64,000 nucleotides of DNA from a virus (Duplodnaviria > Caudoviricetes). The stretch is from IMG/VR virus record IMGVR_UViG_2767802241_000002, positions 64,001 to 128,000 of that record. The stretch is one strand, 5' to 3'. Position numbers and translations under genes: made by a program. The notes under the pieces are model-generated. The model was given only the letters and a program-made list of their open reading frames with translations, made no database searches and had not been told where the DNA came from. Positions 1 through 8,567 of the stretch are shown piece by piece (positions within the stretch are counted from its first letter, which is position 1; every line of letters begins with the position of its first letter).

Positions 1-211
1 CGATGCGGTTGTGTTAATCAATGGCGATGACAACACACTTTATGAGTTCTCGAAAGTAAATACTGTTCTAAATGCAAAGTGTTACATCACCAAGCCATGC
101 AAAGCAAAAATGTTATCCGTTTGGATCAGTGATATCCGCCATGCGACTACCGCCGAAATTACTGCACGGCGCCGTTTAGACATTTCAACAAATGGGGTGT
201 TGATCGCATGA
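1..211 (+). CDS. Small phage protein, 5' end outside window
   Basis: C-terminus IRHATTAEITARRRLDISTNGVLIA identical to that of 40836-41096. Confidence 0.7.
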   Translation, partial: DAVVLINGDDNTLYEFSKVNTVLNAKCYITKPCKAKMLSVWISDIRHATTAEITARRRLDISTNGVLIA

Positions 212-500
212 ATACACAAATTCACGCACCGTCAGTGGACCACTGGCAACAGCAGAATATCCAATCTTTCCATGAGCCAGCACTAAGAATGCTGAATGAC
301 ATGCTGGAGCGCAAGAAAGAAAATCTTAGACGCCGTGGTTATAACGAAAACAATGCTGCAGTGACGAAAGAGGAGTTAGCACGTTCGATGGAGCGTTATT
401 TTCGTATTGCCAATTTTTTAGCGCAGCGGATTGTTAAAAGCATGGTGAATGCCGGGGTTGTTGAATCATTTGGTAGCTATGTAAAGCCTAAGGTGGTGTT
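131..500 (+). repeat. Near-identical direct repeat A, copy 1 (copy 2 about 41017-41385)
   Basis: DNA and encoded proteins (208-504 vs 41093-41392) almost identical. Confidence 0.9.
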
Positions 501-504
501 ATGA
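208..504 (+). CDS. Conserved phage early protein
   Basis: ATGA-coupled ORF; near-identical paralog at 41093-41392. Confidence 0.85.
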   Translation: MNTQIHAPSVDHWQQQNIQSFHEPALRMLNDMLERKKENLRRRGYNENNAAVTKEELARSMERYFRIANFLAQRIVKSMVNAGVVESFGSYVKPKVVL

Positions 505-1448
505 GTTTAGATGCAACCAATTGGGCTTGGCGAGTTCAGCTACAGCAAAAGAAAGGCGGCAGTTCAAAGCCACTTAAAAAATTACTTTTACTCTCACTTG
601 CAGATCGTGCAGGTGAGGATCATTGCTGTTATCCAAGCGTGGGGCGTCTGGTAGAAGATACGGAGATGGATCGTAAAACCGTGCTTAAAATAATCGATGA
701 GTTAATCGAAGACGGATTAATTTTAGATACCGGTGAGCGAAAAGGTCGCACGAAACAAGTAAAAGTTTATCGCTTAATGGGGGTAAATGGTCGTGAAACT
801 GTCCCAACATTGGTACACCTTGACACTAAAAATAATGAATTAAAGAGTCCCAATAATGGAACAGTTCCAACAATGGAACCGTCCCAACAATCCGATGAAA
901 GAGTCCCAACGTTCCGCGGAAAGAGTCCCAACGTTGGGACACGGAATCTTTTAAAGAATCTTTCAGATGAATCTAAAAATAAAAAAGACTGGCTTTGTTT
1001 TAAAAAACTTGAAAATGAAATTCGAGAAGCTGATGGCAGTATCGATTTTGCAGTTATCGCGAAATCAACATGGGCTGGTCGTGAAAAACGAGCATTCGAG
1101 ATTTACAACGCAGAAAAGAACCTTTGTGATGACTTGATGAATTTCTATTTTGCTGACTGGCTGATCAATGCATATCGAAGTAAATATTCAGATTCGGCCA
1201 AGAGTCAAGGATCTAAATTCTCTACTGCAGCGAAAGCCAACCAACTCTCTGAAAAACAAATTCATGTATTTGCGACCAAGCTTGCACATCATCCCGAGTT
1301 TGCAGGCCGATACAGCGAACCAGGTGATTCATACGAGAAACTAGCGGCAAAGATCGCCGTGAAGCTTGAAGATCCAGCACAGGCGAAGAAATGGGAAGGG
1401 TATTTAAAACAAGTCGGCTTCACAGGTGTGTTGGAGGGTTCAGCATGA
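501..1448 (+). CDS. Phage replication initiator (N-terminal HTH, O-like)
   Basis: LLLSLADRAG..CYPSVGRLVEDTEMDRKTV HTH motif; internal iterons. Confidence 0.85.
   Translation: MSLDATNWAWRVQLQQKKGGSSKPLKKLLLLSLADRAGEDHCCYPSVGRLVEDTEMDRKTVLKIIDELIEDGLILDTGERKGRTKQVKVYRLMGVNGRETVPTLVHLDTKNNELKSPNNGTVPTMEPSQQSDERVPTFRGKSPNVGTRNLLKNLSDESKNKKDWLCFKKLENEIREADGSIDFAVIAKSTWAGREKRAFEIYNAEKNLCDDLMNFYFADWLINAYRSKYSDSAKSQGSKFSTAAKANQLSEKQIHVFATKLAHHPEFAGRYSEPGDSYEKLAAKIAVKLEDPAQAKKWEGYLKQVGFTGVLEGSA
801..940. repeat. Replication origin iterons of prophage 1: six 16-bp units, GTCCCAAC-N2-TGG(A/G)AC-like
   Basis: Units at 801, 847, 864, 881, 903, 925; last is the perfect palindrome GTCCCAACGTTGGGAC; followed by AT-rich DNA. 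Confidence 0.8.
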
Positions 1449-2707
1449 AATATGGATCAGTTTGTTCTGGTGTCGAAGCTGCAAGTGTTGCATGGCAATC
1501 ACTGGGTTGGACTCCAACATGGTTTGCAGAAATTGAAAAATTTCCTTCACAAGTTTTAGCGCATCACTATCCAGATATTCCGAACTTAGGTGATATGAAA
1601 AAAATCGCAGAAATGGTTAGGAGTGAAAAAATCGAAGCACCAGATGTCTTGGTCGGTGGCACGCCATGTCAAGCTTTCTCTGTTGCTGGTTTAAGAAACT
1701 CGTTAGAAGACGATCGAGGGCAATTAAGCCTTGAGTTCGTGAGATTAGCAAATGAAATTGATTCAGCAAGACTTATTCAAGGATTCAAGCCATCCATTAT
1801 TGTTTGGGAAAATGTCCCCGGTGTGCTCAGCACAAAAGACAACGCTTTCGGCTGTTTTTTGGGAGCGCTTTCGGGTGAAGGGAGTGAATTGCAGCCGACA
1901 GGGAAAAAATGGACGAACGCAGGTTGTGTGTTTGGACCACAACGACAAATTGCTTGGAGAGTCCTTGATGCTCAATATTTCGGACTCGCCCAACGACGTA
2001 AACGAGTGTTTGTTGTCGCAAGTGCTCGAACAGAATGTATCGCAGAAGTACTTTTTGAGCGCAAAAGCGTGCTTGGGGATTTTAAGACGAGCAAAAGCAA
2101 GGGGGAAGATTTTACCAGAAGTGGTGGTAATTACATTGGAGCTACAGGCCAGACTCTTAGCGGTAAAAGAATAACACCTCCACCCTTAGCATCACATGGC
2201 GAAAAAATGTGGCTTGGCAATCAAGAAGCATTTAGCGGTGACTATTACATTGGGCATGCAATTGGCGTTGGTGGGTGCAATTCAAATGCGGCTGTTACTG
2301 AGGAAAAATCTGCAACTTTACTAAGCAATAATGATCGAGGCTACGTGATTCATTCTTGTGGTATTCAAAGAAATATCATTGGTTTAAGTTCAGAACAGGC
2401 ACCAACACTCACAATGTCTGATAGACACGGCGTAGTTATTCACGGGACACAAGACCCGATTTTATCCAGTAAATATGCCCACTGTTTAGGGCGAAATAGT
2501 GGACAAGAGAATGTCTATATTTCTTATTTAGCCAGATATTTAACTGAAATTGAATGTGAGCGACTACAGGGGTTCCCAGACAACTATACGAATATACCAG
2601 GCGCATCAAAAGTAGCTCGATATAAAGCAATGGGTAATTCTATGGCGGTACCCGTTATGCATTGGATCGGACAGAGAATCGAGAAAGTACAGGGGGCTGC
2701 AGCATGA
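1445..2707 (+). CDS. DNA (cytosine-5) methyltransferase
   Basis: Motif I SVCSGVEA, IV GGTPCQAFS, VI WENV, VIII QRRKR, IX ECERLQGFPD, X YKAMGNS. Confidence 0.92.
   Translation: MKYGSVCSGVEAASVAWQSLGWTPTWFAEIEKFPSQVLAHHYPDIPNLGDMKKIAEMVRSEKIEAPDVLVGGTPCQAFSVAGLRNSLEDDRGQLSLEFVRLANEIDSARLIQGFKPSIIVWENVPGVLSTKDNAFGCFLGALSGEGSELQPTGKKWTNAGCVFGPQRQIAWRVLDAQYFGLAQRRKRVFVVASARTECIAEVLFERKSVLGDFKTSKSKGEDFTRSGGNYIGATGQTLSGKRITPPPLASHGEKMWLGNQEAFSGDYYIGHAIGVGGCNSNAAVTEEKSATLLSNNDRGYVIHSCGIQRNIIGLSSEQAPTLTMSDRHGVVIHGTQDPILSSKYAHCLGRNSGQENVYISYLARYLTEIECERLQGFPDNYTNIPGASKVARYKAMGNSMAVPVMHWIGQRIEKVQGAAA
1752..2174 (+). CDS. Overlapping alternative-frame ORF inside the MTase, EcoHK31I beta-like
   Basis: 140-codon +1-frame ORF; ECLLSQVLE..KYFLSAKACLGILRRAKARGKILPE resembles the beta polypeptide of split C5 MTases (recalled). 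Confidence 0.65.
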   Translation: MKLIQQDLFKDSSHPLLFGKMSPVCSAQKTTLSAVFWERFRVKGVNCSRQGKNGRTQVVCLDHNDKLLGESLMLNISDSPNDVNECLLSQVLEQNVSQKYFLSAKACLGILRRAKARGKILPEVVVITLELQARLLAVKE

Positions 2708-3000
2708 CCATAACATCACAAAAATCATTTGAGAAACGCTTAGATATCATTATTTACGCCGTGCATGCGACTAAGCCATTCATGCGTAAAGACATTGCTT
2801 TACATGTAATCAATGCAAGTTTGCATACAGCTTCAAACTGTTTAACTGATCTCGTTGAGTTGGGTTATTTAAAGCGCGTATCGATTTATCACTATGAAGC
2901 AACGGAAATGGCTAGAGCATTGTTTTCAACGTCTAAAACTATTGATGGACCTAAATATCAAACAGGCACACCAAAAGTCATTCTTGAGGCATCACGATGA
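2704..3000 (+). CDS. Small putative winged-helix protein
   Basis: ATGA-coupled; TASNCLTDLVELGYLKR wHTH-like pattern. Confidence 0.65.
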   Translation: MTITSQKSFEKRLDIIIYAVHATKPFMRKDIALHVINASLHTASNCLTDLVELGYLKRVSIYHYEATEMARALFSTSKTIDGPKYQTGTPKVILEASR

Positions 3001-3116
3001 AAGACCAGGATAAATTTGCATTGCTCATTTTACTGATACTTACGTTTTCAGTGTGGGCAACTGCGACTAGTGGCAATGGCAGCAATTCAACACATCATGC
3101 GTTGGCATATCTATGA
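2997..3116 (+). CDS. 39-aa membrane peptide (not in ORF track)
   Basis: MKDQDKFALLILLILTFSVWA..HALAYL; GAGG RBS; ATGA overlaps at both ends; homolog at 45096-45200. Confidence 0.7.
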   Translation: MKDQDKFALLILLILTFSVWATATSGNGSNSTHHALAYL

Positions 3117-3485
3117 GCAGCATTCCATTAGCTGAGTATCGAAAGATGATCAAAGCTAAACCTAAGGCTAAATCACGGCGTCCAGTGCGCCGTGGTGCCA
3201 AAGTTGAAAGCGAAGGTGAGGCAACACTTGCACAGCATTTAAAAGCCCACGGCATTGCGTTTGATCAAGAGTTCAAATTCTGTGAAACGCGAAAATGGCG
3301 GGCTGATTTTCATATCGTTGGGCATAAATTGCTTGTCGAAGTGGAAGGTGGGATTTGGTCAGGTGGCAGGCATACACGCGGTAAGGGGTATCAGGCAGAT
3401 ATAGAGAAGTACAACGCGGCAACAATACTGGGTTATACGGTACTAAGGTTTAGCACGGCTGATGTGAAGAGTGGTGGGGCGATTA
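3113..3485 (+). repeat. Near-identical direct repeat B, copy 1 (copy 2 about 45424-45793)
   Basis: The two endonuclease genes match over most of their length. Confidence 0.85.
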
Positions 3486-3514
3486 AAGGCATTTTAGAAT
3501 TGGTGGAGAAGTAA
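3113..3514 (+). CDS. PD-(D/E)XK endonuclease (DUF559/Vsr-like)
   Basis: RKWRADF..LLVEVEGG..RHTRGKGY..D.EKYN. Confidence 0.85.
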   Translation: MSSIPLAEYRKMIKAKPKAKSRRPVRRGAKVESEGEATLAQHLKAHGIAFDQEFKFCETRKWRADFHIVGHKLLVEVEGGIWSGGRHTRGKGYQADIEKYNAATILGYTVLRFSTADVKSGGAIKGILELVEK

Positions 3515-3517
3515 GGT

Positions 3518-4045
3518 ATGAATGCAGCTGTAACGATTATGCAGGCTACGGATTGGGGTAAATACGATTTAGAAGGATGGCTATATCAATTCGGGGCGTG
3601 GCAGAACACAGTGCAGGGAACTTGTGGAAAATCATTAAATCCTATTGCTGCTGCCATGGATCAGGCTGTTGTAAAACGGAAAAAACTTAAATTGGGTATT
3701 AGAAAAAAACGCCAAATAACCGCAGACGCTATGTTGAGCGATATTGATTTCATGCCAATTAAGAAGCAAACCCCTAAAGATATAGTTTGTGAAATAACAG
3801 ACAATGAAGCGCGCGCCGTGCAGCGTCTAGTTTTGGATTTACGGGGGCAGTCGGATGTGATGGATGAATGGCTTGATGCAATTGTCGATCGCTATTTTTA
3901 TTTTAATAGTTGGTCGGAAATGGTGATTAAAGTTGGATATGTTGATAACCCAACAATCATCCGTTCTAAATATGGAGCGGAGCAAGATGTTAAGTGTGGT
4001 CTAGCTGTTCTGCACTCTCGGTATAAATTCATTGCATACAAGTGA
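3518..4045 (+). CDS. Late-gene antiterminator (Q-like)
   Basis: Last early gene before promoter/terminator; CEITDNEARAVQRL and C-terminal HTH-like segment. Confidence 0.7.
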   Translation: MNAAVTIMQATDWGKYDLEGWLYQFGAWQNTVQGTCGKSLNPIAAAMDQAVVKRKKLKLGIRKKRQITADAMLSDIDFMPIKKQTPKDIVCEITDNEARAVQRLVLDLRGQSDVMDEWLDAIVDRYFYFNSWSEMVIKVGYVDNPTIIRSKYGAEQDVKCGLAVLHSRYKFIAYK

Positions 4046-4052
4046 TTGAGAC

Positions 4053-4081
4053 TTGACCCTCAGGAAAGCAAACGCTATATT
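4053..4081 (+). promoter_or_regulatory. Late promoter (pR'-like)
   Basis: TTGACC-17 bp-TATATT right after the Q-like gene; same layout at 46497-46525. Confidence 0.7.
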
Positions 4082-4119
4082 TATGGCATAGTGGACGAAG
4101 TTATAGTAATTCACTGGAT

Positions 4120-4143
4120 AAGCCTCGCAATTGCGGGGTTTTG
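4120..4143 (+). terminator. Intrinsic terminator (tR'-like)
   Basis: GCCTCGC-AATT-GCGGGGT followed by T run. Confidence 0.75.
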
Positions 4144-4430
4144 TTGTTTTTGCAGGTGTCGATATTCCGTGAGGTCATTAGACTTAATGGAAAAAATTAC
4201 TAAATCAATGGGTGTAATAAATAACCAAACGGTTTCAACTGATCTTGAAAGGAAAGTCAAATAGTGCTGTACTACACACGTTTAATTTTTGGTATATAAC
4301 TTATTAATTTCTAATCAATTATATTTTTCACTTAGGTCCCCGTTCGGGTACTTAGAAAAGGTGAGCAAGCTAGCCTTACATTTGGGACGCGCGCGACCTA
4401 TAAGAAGAAAATATAAAAGAAAGGAAAATA

Positions 4431-4565
4431 ATGAATAGTATATTAAAATTAAAAACACTTATTAAGAAGACAATCAAGCCAATTCAAAACACTATTAAGG
4501 TGGGGATCATTCTCTACAAAGTATATGATGTTTTGGTTTTGCTATTTGAGAATATTCCGTTTTAA
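4431..4565 (+). CDS. 44-aa basic/hydrophobic small protein (moron)
   Basis: AAGGA RBS; MNSILKLKTLIKKTIKP..VGIILYKVYDVLVLLFENIPF; own terminator. Confidence 0.55.
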   Translation: MNSILKLKTLIKKTIKPIQNTIKVGIILYKVYDVLVLLFENIPF

Positions 4566-4569
4566 GTGG

Positions 4570-4590
4570 GCCCACTTCGGTGGGTTTTTT
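4570..4590 (+). terminator. Intrinsic terminator
   Basis: GCCCAC-TTCG-GTGGGT followed by T run. Confidence 0.8.
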
Positions 4591-4603
4591 AATGGAAAAA
4601 TTA

Positions 4604-5224
4604 ATGAAAAGACCACAACCACCTGAATCGATCACAGGGATCTATGATGCTGCATTTGTTCCTGCGCCTGAGGTGTGGGGGTGGATCAAAGCAGTATTTT
4701 TAAACCCAGATCATCAACTTTTTAATCCAGATCATGCACATTTAGGTGCTTTTAACTTCCAGCATATCGCCGTGCTATGGGCGAATGGCGGATTTAAAAA
4801 ACAGGGCCGTATTGTTGTTGGCCAAGCTGAGAGAATTATGATCAACGCATCGGGATGGAAAAAGGATCGGCAAGAAGTTCAATTGATTGATTGGTTTGGA
4901 ACCGTACCGGATTACCTAATTACCTTGGATGCTCAGTTTTGTGCTGAGTGTGACGATATAAGCTTTTGCGCCCTAATAGAACATGAGCTGTATCACATTG
5001 CTCACAAGCGCGATCGATTTGGTTTTTTGTCGTATAACCGAGAAACTGGAAAGCCCAACTTAGAAATACGCGGACATGATGTTGAAGAGTTTACAGGCGT
5101 TGTACGCCGTTACGGTGCCAGTGAAGAGGTTAAACGAATGGTAGAGGCTGCTAATCAGAAACCTGAGCTATCAAGGGCCAATGTTCATCATGCTTGCGGC
5201 ACTTGCTTTTTAAGAGTGGTTTAA
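4604..5224 (+). CDS. Putative phage metallopeptidase
   Basis: IEHELYH HEXXH motif, HDVEEF and terminal CxxC; paralog at 49470-50111. Confidence 0.85.
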   Translation: MKRPQPPESITGIYDAAFVPAPEVWGWIKAVFLNPDHQLFNPDHAHLGAFNFQHIAVLWANGGFKKQGRIVVGQAERIMINASGWKKDRQEVQLIDWFGTVPDYLITLDAQFCAECDDISFCALIEHELYHIAHKRDRFGFLSYNRETGKPNLEIRGHDVEEFTGVVRRYGASEEVKRMVEAANQKPELSRANVHHACGTCFLRVV

Positions 5225-5270
5225 ATTTTTTTGCCATTCTTCTTGGATGTACTTGGATGGAATGGTGGAA

Positions 5271-5747
5271 ATGGCACGTATTACTAAAAAGGTGAAATTG
5301 TTCATCGTTCGAATGCTTGCTGAATTTGAATCCCCGACACAGACATCAAAAACCGCAAAAGAAGTTTTTAATGTTGATGTAACACCACAGCAATGCGAAG
5401 CATATGATCCAACCAAACGAACTGGTCAGGACCTCAGCCAAGAACTACGAGATTTATTTTTTGAGTACCGCCGTAAGGCCAATGATGAGCTGGAAGCAAT
5501 CCCGATCGCCAATAAACGGTACCGCTTACAGCTGCTGCAAAATCTTGTTGATGCCTATCCGAATAACCCCGTATTCACCCCAAAATGGGCAGAACAGGCG
5601 GCCAAAGAAATGGGCAATCAATATACCAATAAGCAGGAAATAACCGGTGCAGGTGGTGGACCACTACAAAGTGAAAATACAACCTATGTAAAAGCAACGC
5701 CTGAAGATATCAAGCAGGTGTGGGATGAACTCGAAAGCAAATACTAG
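5271..5747 (+). CDS. terS: Terminase small subunit (DUF2280-like)
   Basis: VKLFIVRMLAEFESP..QQCEAYDPTK..PIANKRYRL; directly upstream of TerL. Confidence 0.8.
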   Translation: MARITKKVKLFIVRMLAEFESPTQTSKTAKEVFNVDVTPQQCEAYDPTKRTGQDLSQELRDLFFEYRRKANDELEAIPIANKRYRLQLLQNLVDAYPNNPVFTPKWAEQAAKEMGNQYTNKQEITGAGGGPLQSENTTYVKATPEDIKQVWDELESKY

Positions 5748-7251
5748 CCTGCTTGAAGTGCAGATTGAACAAGAACGCTGTGAGAAAGAACATTTATTCT
5801 TTACACGGCGTTTTTTTATGCCCCGCATGGGCTTTAAGTTCTCGGTCAATTGGCATCATGAATATATTGCTTGGGCCATTGATGAAGTCATTGCCGGACG
5901 AATAGAAAACCTTGTTATTAATGTTCCACCCGGATCAGGAAAGACCGAGTTACTGACCAATTTAATCGCACGTGGTATTGCACGTAATGCTCGATCGCGA
6001 TTCTTATATTTATCATTTTCGCAGTCACTGGTTGAGGATGTATCGAGTACAGCGCGTAATATCGTTAAGTCTGAGGATTTCCAAGGGCTTTGGCCGGTTA
6101 GTATTTCAACTAGTACAGACGCTAAAGCCAGTTGGAAAACGACCGTAGACGGCTATGAAGCGGGGCATGTCTATTCTGCATCGATGGGCGGTCAGGTTAC
6201 CGGTCGCCGTGCAGGAACATTAGCGGATAATGGCTTTACTGGTGCCATTATTCTAGATGACCCATTAAAGCCAGAGGATGCTTTTAGTCAGTCAGCACGT
6301 AAGAAAGCCAATCGTAAAATCCTAAACACGGTCAACTCGCGTAAAGCCAAGTCATCTACACCGATTATTCTGATCATGCAGCGTTTGCATGTTGAAGATC
6401 CGACCAATTTTGTGATGACCGGCAATGTACCTGGTCAATGGCACCAAATCACGGTACCAGCATTAATTGATGATGCTTATATTGCTAAGTTACCTGAGCA
6501 TATCCGCAAAAAAGTGCCACGTGATGTAGAGCGTGATGAAAGAGGTCGCCAAAGTTATTGGCCACTAAAAGAATCATTACAGTCTCTACTGCAGCTTGAG
6601 CAAGGTGGTCAAGATAAAGACGGCGCCACAGTATCGCGCTATACATTCAGCAGCCAGTACCAACAGCAGCCGAAAAAGCTCGGTGGTGATCTGGTTAAAG
6701 CTGAATGGTTCGGTCGTTATGTTGAACTACCAGTCCTGAAGTGGCGGGCGATCTGGGCTGATACGGCGCAGAAAACCAAAGAGCACAACGACTATTCAGT
6801 GTTCTTATGTGCGGGGCTAGGTCATGACAATCGGCTTTATATCATCGACGTACGCCGTGGTAAGTGGGAATCGCCAGAGCTGATTAAGGAAGCCAAGGCA
6901 TTTATCAATAAGCACAAGGATAGTAATACCAAGATTGGCAAACTGCGCTATATGGCAATTGAAGATAAATCATCTGGTACCACCTTGATTCAAACTGTAT
7001 CACGGCAGACCACATTACCAATCAGAGCTGTTCAACGCGGTATAGACAAGCTGACACGGACCATGGATGTGGTGTTTTACGTTGAGGATGGCAATGTGTT
7101 GCTACCTGTATCTGCGCCGTGGTTATTGAACTATATCGAAGAAATCGAAGGGCTCACGGCGGATATGACTCATGATCATGATGACCAGTGGGACCCGACC
7201 ATTGATGCTATTAATGACACCTTGGCGAAAAAGCCAACCGTATTTGATTAG
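5725..7251 (+). CDS. terL: Terminase large subunit
   Basis: INVPPGSGKT Walker A, IILDDP Walker B, C-terminal nuclease with HDDQWD. Confidence 0.95.
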   Translation: MNSKANTSLLEVQIEQERCEKEHLFFTRRFFMPRMGFKFSVNWHHEYIAWAIDEVIAGRIENLVINVPPGSGKTELLTNLIARGIARNARSRFLYLSFSQSLVEDVSSTARNIVKSEDFQGLWPVSISTSTDAKASWKTTVDGYEAGHVYSASMGGQVTGRRAGTLADNGFTGAIILDDPLKPEDAFSQSARKKANRKILNTVNSRKAKSSTPIILIMQRLHVEDPTNFVMTGNVPGQWHQITVPALIDDAYIAKLPEHIRKKVPRDVERDERGRQSYWPLKESLQSLLQLEQGGQDKDGATVSRYTFSSQYQQQPKKLGGDLVKAEWFGRYVELPVLKWRAIWADTAQKTKEHNDYSVFLCAGLGHDNRLYIIDVRRGKWESPELIKEAKAFINKHKDSNTKIGKLRYMAIEDKSSGTTLIQTVSRQTTLPIRAVQRGIDKLTRTMDVVFYVEDGNVLLPVSAPWLLNYIEEIEGLTADMTHDHDDQWDPTIDAINDTLAKKPTVFD

Positions 7252-7259
7252 GAAAACTT

Positions 7260-8567
7260 ATGGCTAAATCGAAGAAGCCCGACGCCATTGGTGATGCGGG
7301 CGCATATACAAACTTTGTCTCTAATATTGGTACCGGGCGTGACAAAGCATCGCATGGGCATTTTGTGCGTCGTGATATCCCAGATGATCAGCTTGAGGCG
7401 GTGTATCAGCATTGGCTGGCCAAACGTATTGTCAATCGACCAGCTTCGGATATGTTGCGTGCTGGTTGGTACTACGAGGGCATTCAAGATAGTGATCTAT
7501 CCAAGCTTGAAGAGGCTTGTAAGCATTATCACTTAAACCACGTGCTTATGTCTGGTTTGATACTGTCACGCCTCTATGGTGAAGTTTATGTATTACTTGG
7601 CACGGCGGATGGTAAGGCTTTAGATGAACCTTTGGAGTTGGATAAATTAGGCCAAGGGCGCTTAGAGTTCTTTACTGTGATTAAGAAGAAATATCTTAAG
7701 GCTGATAAAAATACTTATATGCCCCCATCAGCATGCTGTGGTTTGCTTAAACAGCCTGAATTTTACGATTTGCAAATGAATGATGGTAAAGGGCGTCAAA
7801 GAATCCACTACAGTCGTTTAATCCCATTTCGCTATGCAGATGTCGTGAATGAGGAACCACAAAGCATTTTGCAGGAAGTGTATGAAGATCTACTTGATCA
7901 TGCCAGTGTCAAGAAAGGATCCGCCAGTCTGGTACATGAATCTAAGATCGATGTGATTCGTACACCAGATCTAGTTGCAAAGATCAAAGATGATATGAAA
8001 GCTGTTGTAGAGCGTTTTATGAGTGTTGGTTTGCTCAAAGGTCTAAATGGCTTATTGGTACTTGATAAAGATGAAGAGTACGACTCTAAGACTTACAACT
8101 TTGCTGGTTTACCAGATCTAATGCGTGAATATTCTATTCAAGCAGCTGGGGCGGCAGAGATTCCATACACCATATTGTTCGGTCAAGCACCTGCAGGTTT
8201 AAATGCAACTGGTGAGCATGATACGCGAAACTATTATGACTCCATTGCAACTAAGCAGGTCTGGCAATTGAAGCCGATTTTAATGCGGTTTCTTGCGGTG
8301 ATTTGCCAGTCTACCTTTGGTCGGCAAATCCCTAAGCTTGATATTGTATTTAATCCATTGTGGCAATTAGACGCCAAGGTACGTGCGGAAGTAGAAAAGG
8401 CAAACTCTGAGCGTGATGCCAAGTATTTAGAAATGGCCATTGTTACTGAGCCTCAGATCGCACGGCAATTACAGATAGATGGTGTTTACTCAGTGATTGA
8501 TGAGCAACATATCAAAGAGTTGGAAATGATGGTGAAACTGCATGACGACGATATTCCAATTACTTAA
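7260..8567 (+). CDS. Portal protein (DUF1073-like)
   Basis: Position after TerL; IPYTILFGQAPAGLNATGEHD.RNYYD motif. Confidence 0.9.
   Translation: MAKSKKPDAIGDAGAYTNFVSNIGTGRDKASHGHFVRRDIPDDQLEAVYQHWLAKRIVNRPASDMLRAGWYYEGIQDSDLSKLEEACKHYHLNHVLMSGLILSRLYGEVYVLLGTADGKALDEPLELDKLGQGRLEFFTVIKKKYLKADKNTYMPPSACCGLLKQPEFYDLQMNDGKGRQRIHYSRLIPFRYADVVNEEPQSILQEVYEDLLDHASVKKGSASLVHESKIDVIRTPDLVAKIKDDMKAVVERFMSVGLLKGLNGLLVLDKDEEYDSKTYNFAGLPDLMREYSIQAAGAAEIPYTILFGQAPAGLNATGEHDTRNYYDSIATKQVWQLKPILMRFLAVICQSTFGRQIPKLDIVFNPLWQLDAKVRAEVEKANSERDAKYLEMAIVTEPQIARQLQIDGVYSVIDEQHIKELEMMVKLHDDDIPIT

Noticed and set aside
1391-1444. 5' extension of the MTase ORF given in the track
   Set aside because: Overlaps the initiator; ATG 1445 has a GGAGG RBS, ATGA coupling and begins at motif I
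4046-4264. 72-aa ORF after Q
   Set aside because: TTG start without RBS; runs across the late promoter and terminator
7260-8567. Anti-CBASS Acb1 label sometimes given to DUF1073 proteins
   Set aside because: Size and position after TerL indicate a portal; no paired HxT phosphoesterase motifs noted
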